IMG/VR virus record: IMGVR_UViG_3300013137_000010
Location: 1 to 64,000 of that record
Source of the DNA: a virus
Length of the DNA: 64,000 bases
Strand: one strand, 5' to 3'
Of this stretch, positions 1-10,586 are shown in pieces. The notes beneath the pieces were generated by a model. It worked only from the letters and a program-made list of their open reading frames with translations. It had not been told where the DNA came from and searched no databases. Within the stretch, counting starts at the first letter, position 1, and every line of letters starts with the position of its first letter. The position numbers were made by a program, and so were the translations under genes.

Positions 1-1
1 A

Positions 2-640
2 AGTGGAGAAGAGATATTCACAAATATAACAGAGAATAATTCATTAAATGGTGAAGAAATCTTTGTCAATACAACAGAAAATAATTCATTAAACGGTGAA
101 GAAGTATTTACAAATATAACAGAAAATAATTCTTTGAGAGGCGAAGAGTTATTTTCTAATATCTCCGAAAACAATACACTCAAAGGAGAAGAGTTATTTG
201 TAAATATACCGGAAAATAATACACTCAAAGGAGAAGAATTATTCACAAATATAACAGAAAATAATACACTTAATCAAGAAGAGCTTTTTCAAAATATTAG
301 TGAAGACAACTCATTAAATAAAGAAGAATTATTTCAAAATATAAATGAAGATAATTCACTCAATAAAGAACAATTATTCGAGAACATTACCGAAGATAAT
401 TCACTTAATAAAGAAGAATTATTTGAGAACTTTACTGAAGATAATACACTCAACAAAGAAGAATTATTCAAAAATCTGGATGTAGACAACTCTTTAAATA
501 AAGAAGAATTATTTCAAAATATAAATGAAAATAACTCACTCAATAAAGAAGAATTATTTCAAAATATAAATGAAAATAATTCACTCAACAAAGAAGAACT
601 ATTTGATAATGTGAGTGTAAATAAAGAATTAAGTGGAGAA
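2..640 (+). repeat. 39-bp coding tandem repeat
   Basis: Units such as aataaagaagaattatttcaaaatataaatgaaaataac recur every 39 nt. Confidence 0.85.
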
Positions 641-1171
641 TTATTTAAGAATATAAAATCTGAAAATAGTTTAAGAAATGATGTTTTATTCAATAATGTT
701 AATTCTAATAAAACACTTAATAACGATATTCTTTTCACAAATAATACAAGTGATAATATGTTAGAAAATGATATTTTATATACAAATACAGATGTGAATA
801 AAAGTCTAAAAAATGATATTTTATTCAATAATGTGAAGACCGAAAAGAAACTTAAAAATGATGTTTTATTTAATAACATAGAAGATAGAAACGTCTCACT
901 TAAAAATGAAGTTTTATATTCAAATGTTAATATAACTAATCAATTAAATGAAGAGTTTCTATTCACCAATACTGAAAAAAAGAATGCGGTATCTAAAATA
1001 TCATTATATGATAATGATCAGAGTAGATCTAATGAATTAAAAAATGAAAGTTTATATAAAAATGTAGAAATCAACAATGAATTGAAAAAGGATGAAAAAG
1101 TGTATGACAATACACTCTCGAAAAAACAAATAGAAAAGACAAAAACATTATATGATAATAGTAATGTCTAA
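2..1171 (+). CDS. Repeat-rich hypothetical protein with 13-aa tandem repeats (5' end outside window)
   Basis: The frame of ORF 134..1171 is open back to position 2. More than 20 imperfect copies of (I/V)xE(N/D)N(S/T)LNKEELFxN, degenerating toward the C-terminus. Confidence 0.85.
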   Translation, partial: SGEEIFTNITENNSLNGEEIFVNTTENNSLNGEEVFTNITENNSLRGEELFSNISENNTLKGEELFVNIPENNTLKGEELFTNITENNTLNQEELFQNISEDNSLNKEELFQNINEDNSLNKEQLFENITEDNSLNKEELFENFTEDNTLNKEELFKNLDVDNSLNKEELFQNINENNSLNKEELFQNINENNSLNKEELFDNVSVNKELSGELFKNIKSENSLRNDVLFNNVNSNKTLNNDILFTNNTSDNMLENDILYTNTDVNKSLKNDILFNNVKTEKKLKNDVLFNNIEDRNVSLKNEVLYSNVNITNQLNEEFLFTNTEKKNAVSKISLYDNDQSRSNELKNESLYKNVEINNELKKDEKVYDNTLSKKQIEKTKTLYDNSNV

Positions 1172-1189
1172 TAAAATAATCAAAAAGTT

Positions 1190-2017
1190 ATGAATATAAA
1201 AGATATTTTTTTAGGACCAGATGAATTTTTTCCCGTTGATTTCAAAAAAACGATAATCTATCTTCACCATACGTGCGGATCACATAGACCTGATTGGGTG
1301 GTTCAAGGATGGGATAAAGATCACAATTCAGATGGTTCTGCTAGCAGAATCGCAACATCATTTGTTATCGGTGGTATAAGTACCAGAGATGGTGATACAT
1401 CTTGGGATGGTGTAATTGTTAGATGTTTTCCAGAATCACAATGGGCTTGGCATTTGGGTGCTAAAGATACCGATATCACAATTGATAAAATATCAATTGG
1501 AATAGAAATATGTAATTATGGATATTTGACAAGATCAAAAACTGGCCAGTTTTTAACATATGTCAATACACCTGTATCAGAAGAACAGGTTGTAGAATTA
1601 TCTAAACCTTTTAGAGGATATAAATTTTACCATAAATATACTGATAAGCAAATTACCAGCTTAAGAGAACTTTTAATTTATCTTGGTAATAAATTCAATA
1701 TTAATCTTAAATTAGGTTTACAGGAGTGGATAAAGAGAGAAAATTTAATCATGCCAAATAACTTATCAATTATTCAACAGCAACAATGGTTAAATAAAAA
1801 CGGATTTGTAGGTAAAAATGGTTTACCGTTGGATGAAGATGGTATTTGGGGTGAGAATTCTGCTTATGCTGTTCAATCTATTGGTAGAAGTGCATTTGAA
1901 TTTAATCCAGTAACTTTGAATGCATATCCAGGTTTGAGTACCCATACGAATATTCGTCGGGATAAAGCGGATTGCTCCCCACAACCTGCTTTATATCAGA
2001 TGATTAAATCGTTGTAA
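1190..2017 (+). CDS. N-acetylmuramoyl-L-alanine amidase (endolysin-like) with a peptidoglycan-binding motif
   Basis: IYLHHT, AWHLG, SIGIEICN and THxxxRxDKxDC amidase_2 motifs; LDEDGIWG PG-binding motif. Confidence 0.85.
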   Translation: MNIKDIFLGPDEFFPVDFKKTIIYLHHTCGSHRPDWVVQGWDKDHNSDGSASRIATSFVIGGISTRDGDTSWDGVIVRCFPESQWAWHLGAKDTDITIDKISIGIEICNYGYLTRSKTGQFLTYVNTPVSEEQVVELSKPFRGYKFYHKYTDKQITSLRELLIYLGNKFNINLKLGLQEWIKRENLIMPNNLSIIQQQQWLNKNGFVGKNGLPLDEDGIWGENSAYAVQSIGRSAFEFNPVTLNAYPGLSTHTNIRRDKADCSPQPALYQMIKSL

Positions 2018-2089
2018 TGTTGTAATGGTATATGATAACATATTAAAATAAGTTCAAAGGTAACTAGTAGAAATTATAAATTATATCAA

Positions 2090-2230
2090 ATGGATTTTAA
2101 TTCAAATATTGTAAATGTTTTTAGTTCAATAACGGAAGCTGAGAAGATTACTAAAATAAAACATATAAGTTGTGTTTTATCAGGCAGAAGAAATCATGCA
2201 GGCGGATATAAATGTATTAGAGAATACTAG
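2090..2230 (+). pseudogene. Isolated NUMOD1-like DNA-binding fragment (homing endonuclease remnant)
   Basis: Manual translation MDFNSNIVNVFSSITEAEKITKIKHISCVLSGRRNHAGGYKC fits the NUMOD1 pattern; no nuclease domain upstream. Confidence 0.55.
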
Positions 2231-2865
2231 AAATAAACTTGTTTTAGAATATCATTATGGTGTGAAAATGCCAATTTTGATTTTGATGCCCTTGTTAGTA
2301 AATACCATTTTCCAGATTTTGCATCATCTCCATATTTTAATTCAGCTGTATTTTTTATACGAACTAAGAAAGGATAAGTGTAGACATTAATTTCTCTCGG
2401 ATCATTTGCTTTGGTTAATCCAATGGGTTCCATGCTTATAATATCATCTTTTTTTGCTAAAGTTTCTTCTTGTAACTCTCTAATTGCTGCTTGTTCTGGT
2501 GTTTCACCAGCATCTATGAAACCTCCTGGAAGTGCCCATCCTTTACCATCTTTTCTTTCTATTAAATATACCCTACCTTCTTTAAGTGCAACAATATCAG
2601 TTGCAAAATTAGCAGCATATGTTATTTTATTTCTATCTGTTTCAAAATATTTTGTAATAGGATGTCCTGAATTAACAAAATTTAATAAATTATCATTAAC
2701 TAGTGATAATTTATTAACATCTTCTTTTGATAAAAATAATTCACCACGTTGAGTTGTCTTATAGATATAATTACCGTTTTTATCTTTAGTAATAGCGGTT
2801 ACCGTAACTAGTTTGTCTAAATCAAAATTGGTTAAGGATTCAAATATTTGAAATTTGGTTATCAT
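2227..2865 (-). CDS. Nudix hydrolase (ADP-ribose pyrophosphatase-like)
   Basis: WALPGGFIDAGETPEQAAIRELQEET Nudix box; GDDA motif. Confidence 0.9.
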   Translation of the reverse strand: MITKFQIFESLTNFDLDKLVTVTAITKDKNGNYIYKTTQRGELFLSKEDVNKLSLVNDNLLNFVNSGHPITKYFETDRNKITYAANFATDIVALKEGRVYLIERKDGKGWALPGGFIDAGETPEQAAIRELQEETLAKKDDIISMEPIGLTKANDPREINVYTYPFLVRIKNTAELKYGDDAKSGKWYLLTRASKSKLAFSHHNDILKQVYF

Positions 2866-2967
2866 AAGTTATATTTTAAAAATTGTACCATTTAGATTTT
2901 GATGGTTCTTTCATTGAAGACTTAAATAATCCTTCATAAGTTTTTAAGTGTTTCATAAATATATTTT

Positions 2968-3669
2968 TTATTGAGGTATTACTGAAGTTCCGATTCTATC
3001 TACTAAACTCTTTAATTCTTTAATTTGTTCATTGGTTCTAACTCCCCCAGCAAATTTAATTTTAATATCGTCTGGTAGAATTTTTCTCATAAATTTTACT
3101 TTATCAAGTTTTTCTTCAAATGAATTATCGTTAGGATATTTACCTGTGGATGTCATGACAAAATCTACACTGCTATCAATGCACATTCTACAAATTTTTT
3201 CAATTTCTTGATAGTTAAGAGCGCCAACTTCAATTATAACTTTAATAATAATTCCTTCCTTATGACAATATTCTGATAATTCTCTAATCTCTTTTTCTAA
3301 CTTTTCATTTTCTTCAGGATCTTTAATTAGTTTGTAATTAATTACAACATCAATTTCGTTTACACCATTAACAATCGCTTCATCAATTTTACTAATTTTT
3401 TTACTTACATCACTTTCACCCTTTGGAAAATCAATAAGTGCTGAAATTTTAATATCACCTTTCAAGAATGAATAAGCTGCTGCAATATATTCTGGTAGAA
3501 TACAAACAGAGTAGAAATTATTATCCTTTGCTTCTTTACAAAGTTCTTTAATTTTATCATTATCCAATCTATCTGATATTTTGGTATAATCAATTAATCT
3601 AGAATATTCTTTTTTTTCTTTGTTTTCTAGAAATTCGTATAATTTTTTGTAAATAGTCATTTTAGACAA
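2968..3669 (-). CDS. deoC: Deoxyribose-phosphate aldolase-like protein
   Basis: IDYT, SVCI, DFPKG, EIDVVIN, IKVIIE, TSTG, IKFAGGVR and RIGTS motifs. Confidence 0.85.
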   Translation of the reverse strand: MSKMTIYKKLYEFLENKEKKEYSRLIDYTKISDRLDNDKIKELCKEAKDNNFYSVCILPEYIAAAYSFLKGDIKISALIDFPKGESDVSKKISKIDEAIVNGVNEIDVVINYKLIKDPEENEKLEKEIRELSEYCHKEGIIIKVIIEVGALNYQEIEKICRMCIDSSVDFVMTSTGKYPNDNSFEEKLDKVKFMRKILPDDIKIKFAGGVRTNEQIKELKSLVDRIGTSVIPQ

Positions 3670-3802
3670 TCTTTTTTTCTTTTTTTGTATATATAAAAAA
3701 TTAAATTATAATTGTTTTCATTTTATTTGTATTATATTCTGTTAGTGTACCTATATTAGATATTTTCAACTCTTTAATTTTTTTATTAATTTCACTATAA
3801 AT

Positions 3803-4655
3803 TTATTCTAAGTCGTTTCCCAATATGATTATATTTCTTTCTCCTTCAAATATATACAGCTTATAATTTTTAAATTTTGATTTTATATTAACACCATCTA
3901 CAAATTTTGTCATACTATCAAATTTATTTTTCTTTCTGTTTAAATAAACTTTTGAATCGTTATATAAATAATTATAGATTATATTAATATCCCTCATTCT
4001 AGTCCATTGTATGTAGTAAACATTTGGTTTATTGATTGTTATTTTACAATCGTAGACATTAAGTTCCTGAGTGAATATATTTTTTATTGATTCTAAAAAT
4101 TCAAAAGACCCAGATACAAAATTTATACAATTTCTTTTTTGTGATGTGGTAATACAACCATCACCATCAAAGAATCCTCTAATGAAATGTTTTTTTAGAT
4201 TTTCATTTATTATTGGAAATTTTATAATAAATGATTTTTTATTAACACATCCATGATTAATTAAAATCATCTACTATTTTATTGGAATAGATAGAAATAT
4301 ATGAACAATGTACACCTTTATCTTCAATATTTTTTATAGTATTTGTTGATTTTATCGTATTTTTAAATAATTCTAAATGTGATAAATCTTTAGTAGAAAG
4401 TTTTAATCTTAGTTCTGATCCTTTCCTTTTTCTAACATATCCATCTGCATATAAAAAACCTAACCAATAAGCTTTTTCTTCCGTATTTATTTCTTCAAAA
4501 AATGTGTCATCCGATACATACTTTTTTTGTTTAAATTCAATATTATGTTTTTTTAATATTTCACTTAAAGTGTATCTACTGATATTATATTCATTACATA
4601 TATCATTATTTCTAACATTATATTTATATTTTTCAATTATATCTATTTCTTTCAT
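3803..4655 (-). pseudogene. LAGLIDADG homing endonuclease split by a frameshift (ORFs 4257..4655 and 3803..4270)
   Basis: YWLGFLYADG in the first ORF and FIRGFFDGDG in the second. Removing one T from gatgattttaattaat restores DDLINHG. Confidence 0.8.
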
Positions 4656-4881
4656 TTTTATTTTTTATTACTATATATAAATATTTTTTCCTCATTTTTC
4701 AACTTTTTCAGAAAAAATTAGAAAAAAATGACTTTTTCAATTTAATATATACTTATAAAAAATATTATGGAAAAGATTTATTTAATAGAAGTTATAGAAC
4801 CGAACAAAAAGTTGAGAAAATCAACTTTATGGAAACAAAGATGTAATTTTAGTATAGAAATAATAAAAATATATACGAGAG

Positions 4882-5055
4882 ATGAAAAAAGAAACAAAAA
4901 AATCTAAAGTATTTTTTAGTGTGGACGAAGAAATAAATCAAAGATTTGAAAAATACTGTGAGGACAACTTTATAAGTAAATCTAAAATTATAGAAGGACT
5001 TATGATTCTTATAGTTGAAAAATCCTCAGAAGTTAATGACTTATTAAAAAAGTAA
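4882..5055 (+). CDS. Small ribbon-helix-helix (CopG-like) DNA-binding protein
   Basis: Manual translation MKKETKKSKVFFSVDEEINQRFEKYCEDNFISKSKIIEGLM shows a beta-helix-helix pattern; lies directly upstream of the MTase. Confidence 0.6.
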   Translation: MKKETKKSKVFFSVDEEINQRFEKYCEDNFISKSKIIEGLMILIVEKSSEVNDLLKK

Positions 5056-5085
5056 TATAGTAAGTTATAAAAAATAAAATAAAAA

Positions 5086-6093
5086 ATGAAACAAAATATA
5101 AATTATATAGGTTCGAAATATTCACTTCTCGATTTTATTTATGATAAGATTAATTTATCTGTTGATAATTTATCGAATAAGATATTTTGTGATATATTTG
5201 CGGGAACTAATATAGTTGGTGCATTTTTTAAAGATAAGACCAAAAGTATAATATCTAATGATATTGAACATTATAGTTATGTTATAGCTAAAAATATATT
5301 TAATAATACAATTATAGAATATGATGATGTTGTTCAGAACTTAAACTCATTGGAGGGTGTTGAAGGCAGAATTTTTAATTATTATTCTCAGAATGGATCA
5401 TCTAAAAGATTATATTTTTCAGAAAAAAATGGTAAAAAAATAGATGCAATTCGTCTTGAAATAGAAAAATTGTTAGAATCTTCTATAATATCTGATCAGA
5501 TTTATTATGCACTTTTAACTTCTTTAATTGAAGCTGCTGATAAAGTTGCGAATACTACTTCAGTTTATGGTGCATTTTTAAAAAACATTAAGAAAACAGC
5601 ACAAACACCCATTATTTTGAAGATTTCTAATAATATAGATGTTGTCGATTCACAAATAAATTATTGTTATAACGAAGATTCTAATCAATTGATAACTAAG
5701 ATTAGTGGAGATATACTATATATAGATCCACCCTATAATCATAGACAATATGGTTCTAATTATCACATATTAAATGCTATATCTAAATATGATTTTTCAA
5801 ATGAGCCAAGTGGTATAGTTGGGCTTATGAAATATAATAAATCAAAATATTGTTATAAGAAAGAAGTAAATGAGGTATTTAGAGAACTGATTCATAATGC
5901 TGATTTTGAACATATATTTGTATCTTATAGTAGCGAAGGCATTATGCAAATGGAAGAAATAACAAAAATTTTATCATATTATGGTGAAATTAAAAGATGG
6001 GATCAAAACTATAAGACTTATAAATCAGATTCAAATCGTGATAATAAATCTTCTTCTGTTATAGAACACTTATTTTACTTGAGAAAATTTTAA
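5086..6093 (+). CDS. DNA adenine methyltransferase (D12 class)
   Basis: NYIGSK, DIFAGT, SNDIE and YIDPPYN motifs. Confidence 0.9.
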   Translation: MKQNINYIGSKYSLLDFIYDKINLSVDNLSNKIFCDIFAGTNIVGAFFKDKTKSIISNDIEHYSYVIAKNIFNNTIIEYDDVVQNLNSLEGVEGRIFNYYSQNGSSKRLYFSEKNGKKIDAIRLEIEKLLESSIISDQIYYALLTSLIEAADKVANTTSVYGAFLKNIKKTAQTPIILKISNNIDVVDSQINYCYNEDSNQLITKISGDILYIDPPYNHRQYGSNYHILNAISKYDFSNEPSGIVGLMKYNKSKYCYKKEVNEVFRELIHNADFEHIFVSYSSEGIMQMEEITKILSYYGEIKRWDQNYKTYKSDSNRDNKSSSVIEHLFYLRKF

Positions 6094-6156
6094 AAAACTT
6101 TTTCATAGTTTTTGTTTTTTATTAAAAATAGTTTTATTACATTTGTAAATAAAATT

Positions 6157-7050
6157 ATGATAATGACAAAACAAAAAAACGGAGCTGATCCACATATCAG
6201 TAGAAAAATTCTTTCAAATGAGGAAAATGCTAAAGAATATTTGATTCTTTTAGAGAAAGAAATAGGTGTTCATATACCAAAAAATAGAAATAATAAAGTA
6301 TCGCTTTCTGGTCAAAATTTGTGGGATTTCATAGAAAATACTTGGAAAAATGAAATTTCAAAAAATCTAATTCGAGATATATTCAGGCGAACGGAAAAGT
6401 ACGATAATGGTAAGAATGCATTAACAAAATTGCCTATTTTAATATCTGAATTTAAATTGCTATTTGGTAAATTACAATGGGGATTTTCTCAGGGTCAGTG
6501 TGATAATTATTTACAGAGTTTGAATAATAATAATAAAGAGTTGTCTAGTAAAGAAAAGGATGAAATCGCATCTAATGCTATAATTAAAAATAGAAGGTTG
6601 AAGGAAATAAATACTTTAAGAAATGATTATATCGAGTATTTACTTTTTGAATTGAATGATAATATTATACCGACTTTAAAGCATAATAGTGGAGTGGATT
6701 TTTTTATTGTTATGAATGATACAATAAAAAAATGGGATCAAAAGGTATCTAAGAGTGCAACCTCTCAATTTGAAAAAGATTTTTCACCAAACTGGAAGCA
6801 ATATGCTATCGAACATCCTGAAAAAGTAGCGGAATATTTATATATGTATCAAGATGAAGGTAGATTTGGTGCTGATAATAGAATTTTAGTTGTATATTTA
6901 GATGAAGAAATTAATGATAACAATATTCGTAAAACTATTTCTGGTATAAATTTGGATTCACCTTACAAAATAAATTTTACTTATAAACATTCAAAAATGG
7001 CCAATTCAACTAGTTATTGTGTCGAATGCTTTGTAATACTTCTTTATTAA
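6157..7050 (+). CDS. Hypothetical protein, candidate restriction endonuclease
   Basis: Follows the MTase and contains a PD-(D/E)xK-like GVDFF...WDQKVS motif. Start moved to ATG 6157, downstream of a TACATTTG promoter element. Confidence 0.5.
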   Translation: MIMTKQKNGADPHISRKILSNEENAKEYLILLEKEIGVHIPKNRNNKVSLSGQNLWDFIENTWKNEISKNLIRDIFRRTEKYDNGKNALTKLPILISEFKLLFGKLQWGFSQGQCDNYLQSLNNNNKELSSKEKDEIASNAIIKNRRLKEINTLRNDYIEYLLFELNDNIIPTLKHNSGVDFFIVMNDTIKKWDQKVSKSATSQFEKDFSPNWKQYAIEHPEKVAEYLYMYQDEGRFGADNRILVVYLDEEINDNNIRKTISGINLDSPYKINFTYKHSKMANSTSYCVECFVILLY

Positions 7051-7051
7051 A

Positions 7052-7368
7052 ATAGTTATAAAATTAATTGATATGTATGGTAAAGAAGGTGATTTGGTTT
7101 ATGATTCATTTATGGGTATTGGAACAACAGCTATAGGAGCAATACTAAGCAATGGTAAAATGCATTCTGATAGATCCCTACGCAAATGCTTTCAATGACG
7201 GTCCGGGCGATTAGCCGGGATTGCCCTTGCTTACCATCTGGGCCTCGGACTGTCCATCCGGTACCTATTATTATGTAATCAAAGCCGAAGTTTTATAGGA
7301 AGTGAAATAAGTATTAAGCAATGTGAATTAGCTGAACATAAAATAAAAACAAAAAATTCTAATCTATA
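7052..7368 (+). pseudogene. Truncated N4/N6 DNA methyltransferase C-terminus interrupted by a GC-rich insert
   Basis: KLIDMYGKEGDLVYDSFMGIGTTAIGAILSN ... RSFIGSEISIKQCELA is SAM-binding motif I; no start or N-terminal half; ~130-nt insert between the two parts. Confidence 0.75.
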
Positions 7369-7946
7369 ATTGTTAGTTTAGCACCAGAACGAATTAATTC
7401 CTTAATATCATCTGTCTCTAAATTTTCTTTGAATTTATCATTTTTTTTATTTTTATACTTTAATAGCCAATTATTTCCAGAGTTAGAAGTCTGATAAATA
7501 TATGTTGTATTATCATCAACTAGCTTGATGATTTTTGCAGTTAATTTTTCATAGAAGTTTTCAACAGCGCCTTTTATAGAATAGATTTCTATAGGATGCC
7601 ACTTATTATCTTTATAATATTGAAGAATTAAAAAATCAGGATTGTCTAAAATTGTTTCGTTCCTATTATAAAGAAAGAAAAATTTCATATCAATATCTTT
7701 TCTTAAAAAATTTTCAATATCTAAAGTAGATTCTAATTCACCTTTTTTAAGATTTTCTTTAAATAGTTGTTTGTTGAAATCTGCATCATCATAAAGAGTA
7801 TCAATAGTTTTATTAACATAATTATCACTTGATAAGCCAATTGAATAGAAATCCACTTTTTTATCATTGATACTATCTAAAAGTCCATCAACATCCGTGG
7901 TGATGGTTTCTTTAATATATTGTTCGTATTGTTTTAAATATTTCAT
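7359..7946 (-). CDS. Hypothetical protein with MKYLKQYE leader
   Basis: 195-aa ORF in an overlapping operon. Confidence 0.75.
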   Translation of the reverse strand: MKYLKQYEQYIKETITTDVDGLLDSINDKKVDFYSIGLSSDNYVNKTIDTLYDDADFNKQLFKENLKKGELESTLDIENFLRKDIDMKFFFLYNRNETILDNPDFLILQYYKDNKWHPIEIYSIKGAVENFYEKLTAKIIKLVDDNTTYIYQTSNSGNNWLLKYKNKKNDKFKENLETDDIKELIRSGAKLTIID

Positions 7947-8407
7947 AAATTATATTTATTTGCAGAAAGTGACATTTCTACATCGTTAATAGAAATTACA
8001 TTTTCAATATCTGATTCTTTTATCCAGACCGCCCTTTCATCTGACATTATTGGTAAATTATCTTTTATACCTATCACTCTTTTAGCATGATAAAGTGGTC
8101 CTCCATTCGACCTGCCTATAAAGGCAGTTCCAGATGGATGTTTCATAAAAGATCCAGGTGTAAAAAATTCAAAAATTCTATAAATATTACCATTACAAAT
8201 GATGTAATCGCCTTTTTTATATTTATATATTAAATTTTCAAATATTTTGAATTTTGTTATCATAAATCTTAGATCTTTTTCGTCGAGATTATCAGCGCTT
8301 CTTACTAATCTAATGAATTTTTCTAATCCGTTGCCTGGAACTCCAGCATGACTTATTAAGTTAACAAAATCATCAGCTGAATTTTCAAATGTTTTAATGT
8401 ATTTCAT
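7943..8407 (-). CDS. Hypothetical protein (two leader motifs, ANKYNL C-terminus)
   Basis: MKYIKTFE start, internal MITKFKIFE, ends ANKYNL. Confidence 0.75.
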   Translation of the reverse strand: MKYIKTFENSADDFVNLISHAGVPGNGLEKFIRLVRSADNLDEKDLRFMITKFKIFENLIYKYKKGDYIICNGNIYRIFEFFTPGSFMKHPSGTAFIGRSNGGPLYHAKRVIGIKDNLPIMSDERAVWIKESDIENVISINDVEMSLSANKYNL

Positions 8408-8712
8408 AAATTGTATTTATTTGCTTTTTGTTTCATTTCATATTCTTCCCAATTTTGTTCAGTTGAAAAAATTTTTAAAATTTCAGAAGGACTAAAATAT
8501 AGTTCTTGTCCCTTATCATCTATAATTGATATATAAAAAGGCGCAATATTTTCCTTATTATATAATTTACCTATTGTCAAGTCAAATTTATCAGTTAATT
8601 CACCTATATAATTATTTATACATAATAGTTTATCTGCTTTCAAATAATCTTTATTATCTTTGAATACTTTATCATAAAAAGTATTTTCAAATATTCTGAA
8701 CTTAGTTATCAT
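8404..8712 (-). CDS. Hypothetical protein (MITKFRIFE leader, ANKYNL C-terminus)
   Basis: ORF preceded by the TTAATATATA motif. Confidence 0.75.
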   Translation of the reverse strand: MITKFRIFENTFYDKVFKDNKDYLKADKLLCINNYIGELTDKFDLTIGKLYNKENIAPFYISIIDDKGQELYFSPSEILKIFSTEQNWEEYEMKQKANKYNL

Positions 8713-8777
8713 ATTATCTATATATTAAAAATAAACTATTAAAAATTTATACTCTATATAAAGAAAAAACTTTATCG

Positions 8778-9413
8778 ATGAATCCTTTTGATTATTTTGA
8801 AGAAATTTATTGTATTAATTTAGATGAGAGAACTGATAGATGGCAACATGCCCAGCAGGAATTTGCAAAGGCTGGAATTTTAGATAGAGTACAGAGATTT
8901 TCAGCAATTAGAGATGTTGATGGTAGAGTGGGTATAATTAAGTCTAACCTTGCAATCATAAAAATGGCTAAAGAAAAGAAATTGAAAAATGTTTTAATTT
9001 TTGAAGATGATGTTCAATTCATTGTTGATAATCCACAGGATATACTGAAAAATTCAATAAATCAAATAGGAAATAATAAGTGGTATCTTTTCTATTTAGG
9101 TGCTAACACTCATCAAAAATTAGTTAAATTTAAACCTAATCTTATTCTAATTAAGAACGCATTTGCCGCTCATTCTATGGCATATAGTGAACATATGTAT
9201 GATATCTTCATTAGAAGGTATGATGGTATTAAAAAAATCACCAATTTTAAAGATATTCTTGATGTATTTTTAGCACAACAAATACAAGAAACGTTTATAT
9301 GCCTTATGACATATCCCATGATGACAACACAAATAAACTCATATTCTGATATAGAAAAAAGAGTAGTTAATTATTCTTTTATAGAAGAAAGATACAAAAA
9401 TAATATAAAATAG
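8778..9413 (+). CDS. Glycosyltransferase family 25
   Basis: YCINLDERTDRW, RFSAI and LIFEDD motifs. Confidence 0.85.
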   Translation: MNPFDYFEEIYCINLDERTDRWQHAQQEFAKAGILDRVQRFSAIRDVDGRVGIIKSNLAIIKMAKEKKLKNVLIFEDDVQFIVDNPQDILKNSINQIGNNKWYLFYLGANTHQKLVKFKPNLILIKNAFAAHSMAYSEHMYDIFIRRYDGIKKITNFKDILDVFLAQQIQETFICLMTYPMMTTQINSYSDIEKRVVNYSFIEERYKNNIK

Positions 9414-9414
9414 T

Positions 9415-10569
9415 ATGGATAATAAATCACAAGATAAAATAAATTTCATGATATCAGATCAGGCGTTTGATTCTAGAGAAGATTTTTATGCTTTTTTTGA
9501 ATTTAAAAAAATAGCTAATAAATTTTTTATAGGTGATCAAATATACTCTATTGAATTCTGGCAATTTTTAAAAGATAATTTTAGCGTTAAGAAAGAGAAT
9601 ACAACCGTCTTTTGTGATATTATGACTGATGTTAAGAATAGAATTGAAAAGAGATATAAATATATCATTAACATAGATAAACCTTATAAAATACAATTTC
9701 AATTTTACGACGAGGATAAAATAGTAGATAAACAGATATATGAAACAGAAGGTGAGCAAAAAAATAAAATAACAGCCTTAACAATATATTTTGATTCCGA
9801 TGCACTAGAATTTGTCGAAAAAACGGTAGAAGAAATCAGAAAACTTTCATACCTACCCCCTATTGATAAAACTTTCTACATCATATCATCATCGTCTATG
9901 GGTTATGAACTAAGACCTGCAACAATAAAAGAATTCGAAATATCTTTAAATCTAAATTATGGAGAAAACTTCGTAGATCATTATAATGATATCATCAATA
10001 AATTGAAAAATAATAAGCATGGATTATTTGTCTTTCATGGTGATCCAGGTACAGGTAAGACCAGTCTTATTAGAAAAATAATATCTGAATTATCAGAAGA
10101 AAAAACTATAATCTATGTACCCTCATATTTAATGTTTGATATTGCAAATCCAGAACTAATTTCTTTTATATCTAAATTTAGAAATTCTATACTTTTATTA
10201 GAAGATGCTGAAATGATATTATCTTCTACCGAAGATGAAAGAAATCAGGCTGTTAGTAATATTCTTAATATTAGTGATGGATTGCTGAATGATCATATGG
10301 AAATGCAGATTATAGCAACTTTTAATGCGAAAAAAAGAATCTTAGATCATGCATTGTTAAGAAAAGGTAGATTAATGGTTAATTATGAATTTAAAAAATT
10401 GAGTGCTATACAAGCAACTAAATTATCAAAGCATATTGGATTAAATAAGGAATATACTGAACCTAAAACTCTAGCTGAAATTTACGAAGAAAAAATAGGA
10501 AAACAATTAGTTGATATAGAATCAACTTCTAAGAAAATTGGATTTGAAATTAATAATAAAAAAGCCTGA
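9415..10569 (+). CDS. AAA+ ATPase
   Basis: Walker A GDPGTGKT, Walker B LLLED, LNISDG and ALLRKGRL. Confidence 0.85.
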   Translation: MDNKSQDKINFMISDQAFDSREDFYAFFEFKKIANKFFIGDQIYSIEFWQFLKDNFSVKKENTTVFCDIMTDVKNRIEKRYKYIINIDKPYKIQFQFYDEDKIVDKQIYETEGEQKNKITALTIYFDSDALEFVEKTVEEIRKLSYLPPIDKTFYIISSSSMGYELRPATIKEFEISLNLNYGENFVDHYNDIINKLKNNKHGLFVFHGDPGTGKTSLIRKIISELSEEKTIIYVPSYLMFDIANPELISFISKFRNSILLLEDAEMILSSTEDERNQAVSNILNISDGLLNDHMEMQIIATFNAKKRILDHALLRKGRLMVNYEFKKLSAIQATKLSKHIGLNKEYTEPKTLAEIYEEKIGKQLVDIESTSKKIGFEINNKKA

Positions 10570-10586
10570 TTAAATCAGGCTTTTTT
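10558..10586. terminator. Bidirectional intrinsic terminator
   Basis: aaaaagcctgat-taa-atcaggcttttt between convergent genes. Confidence 0.8.
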
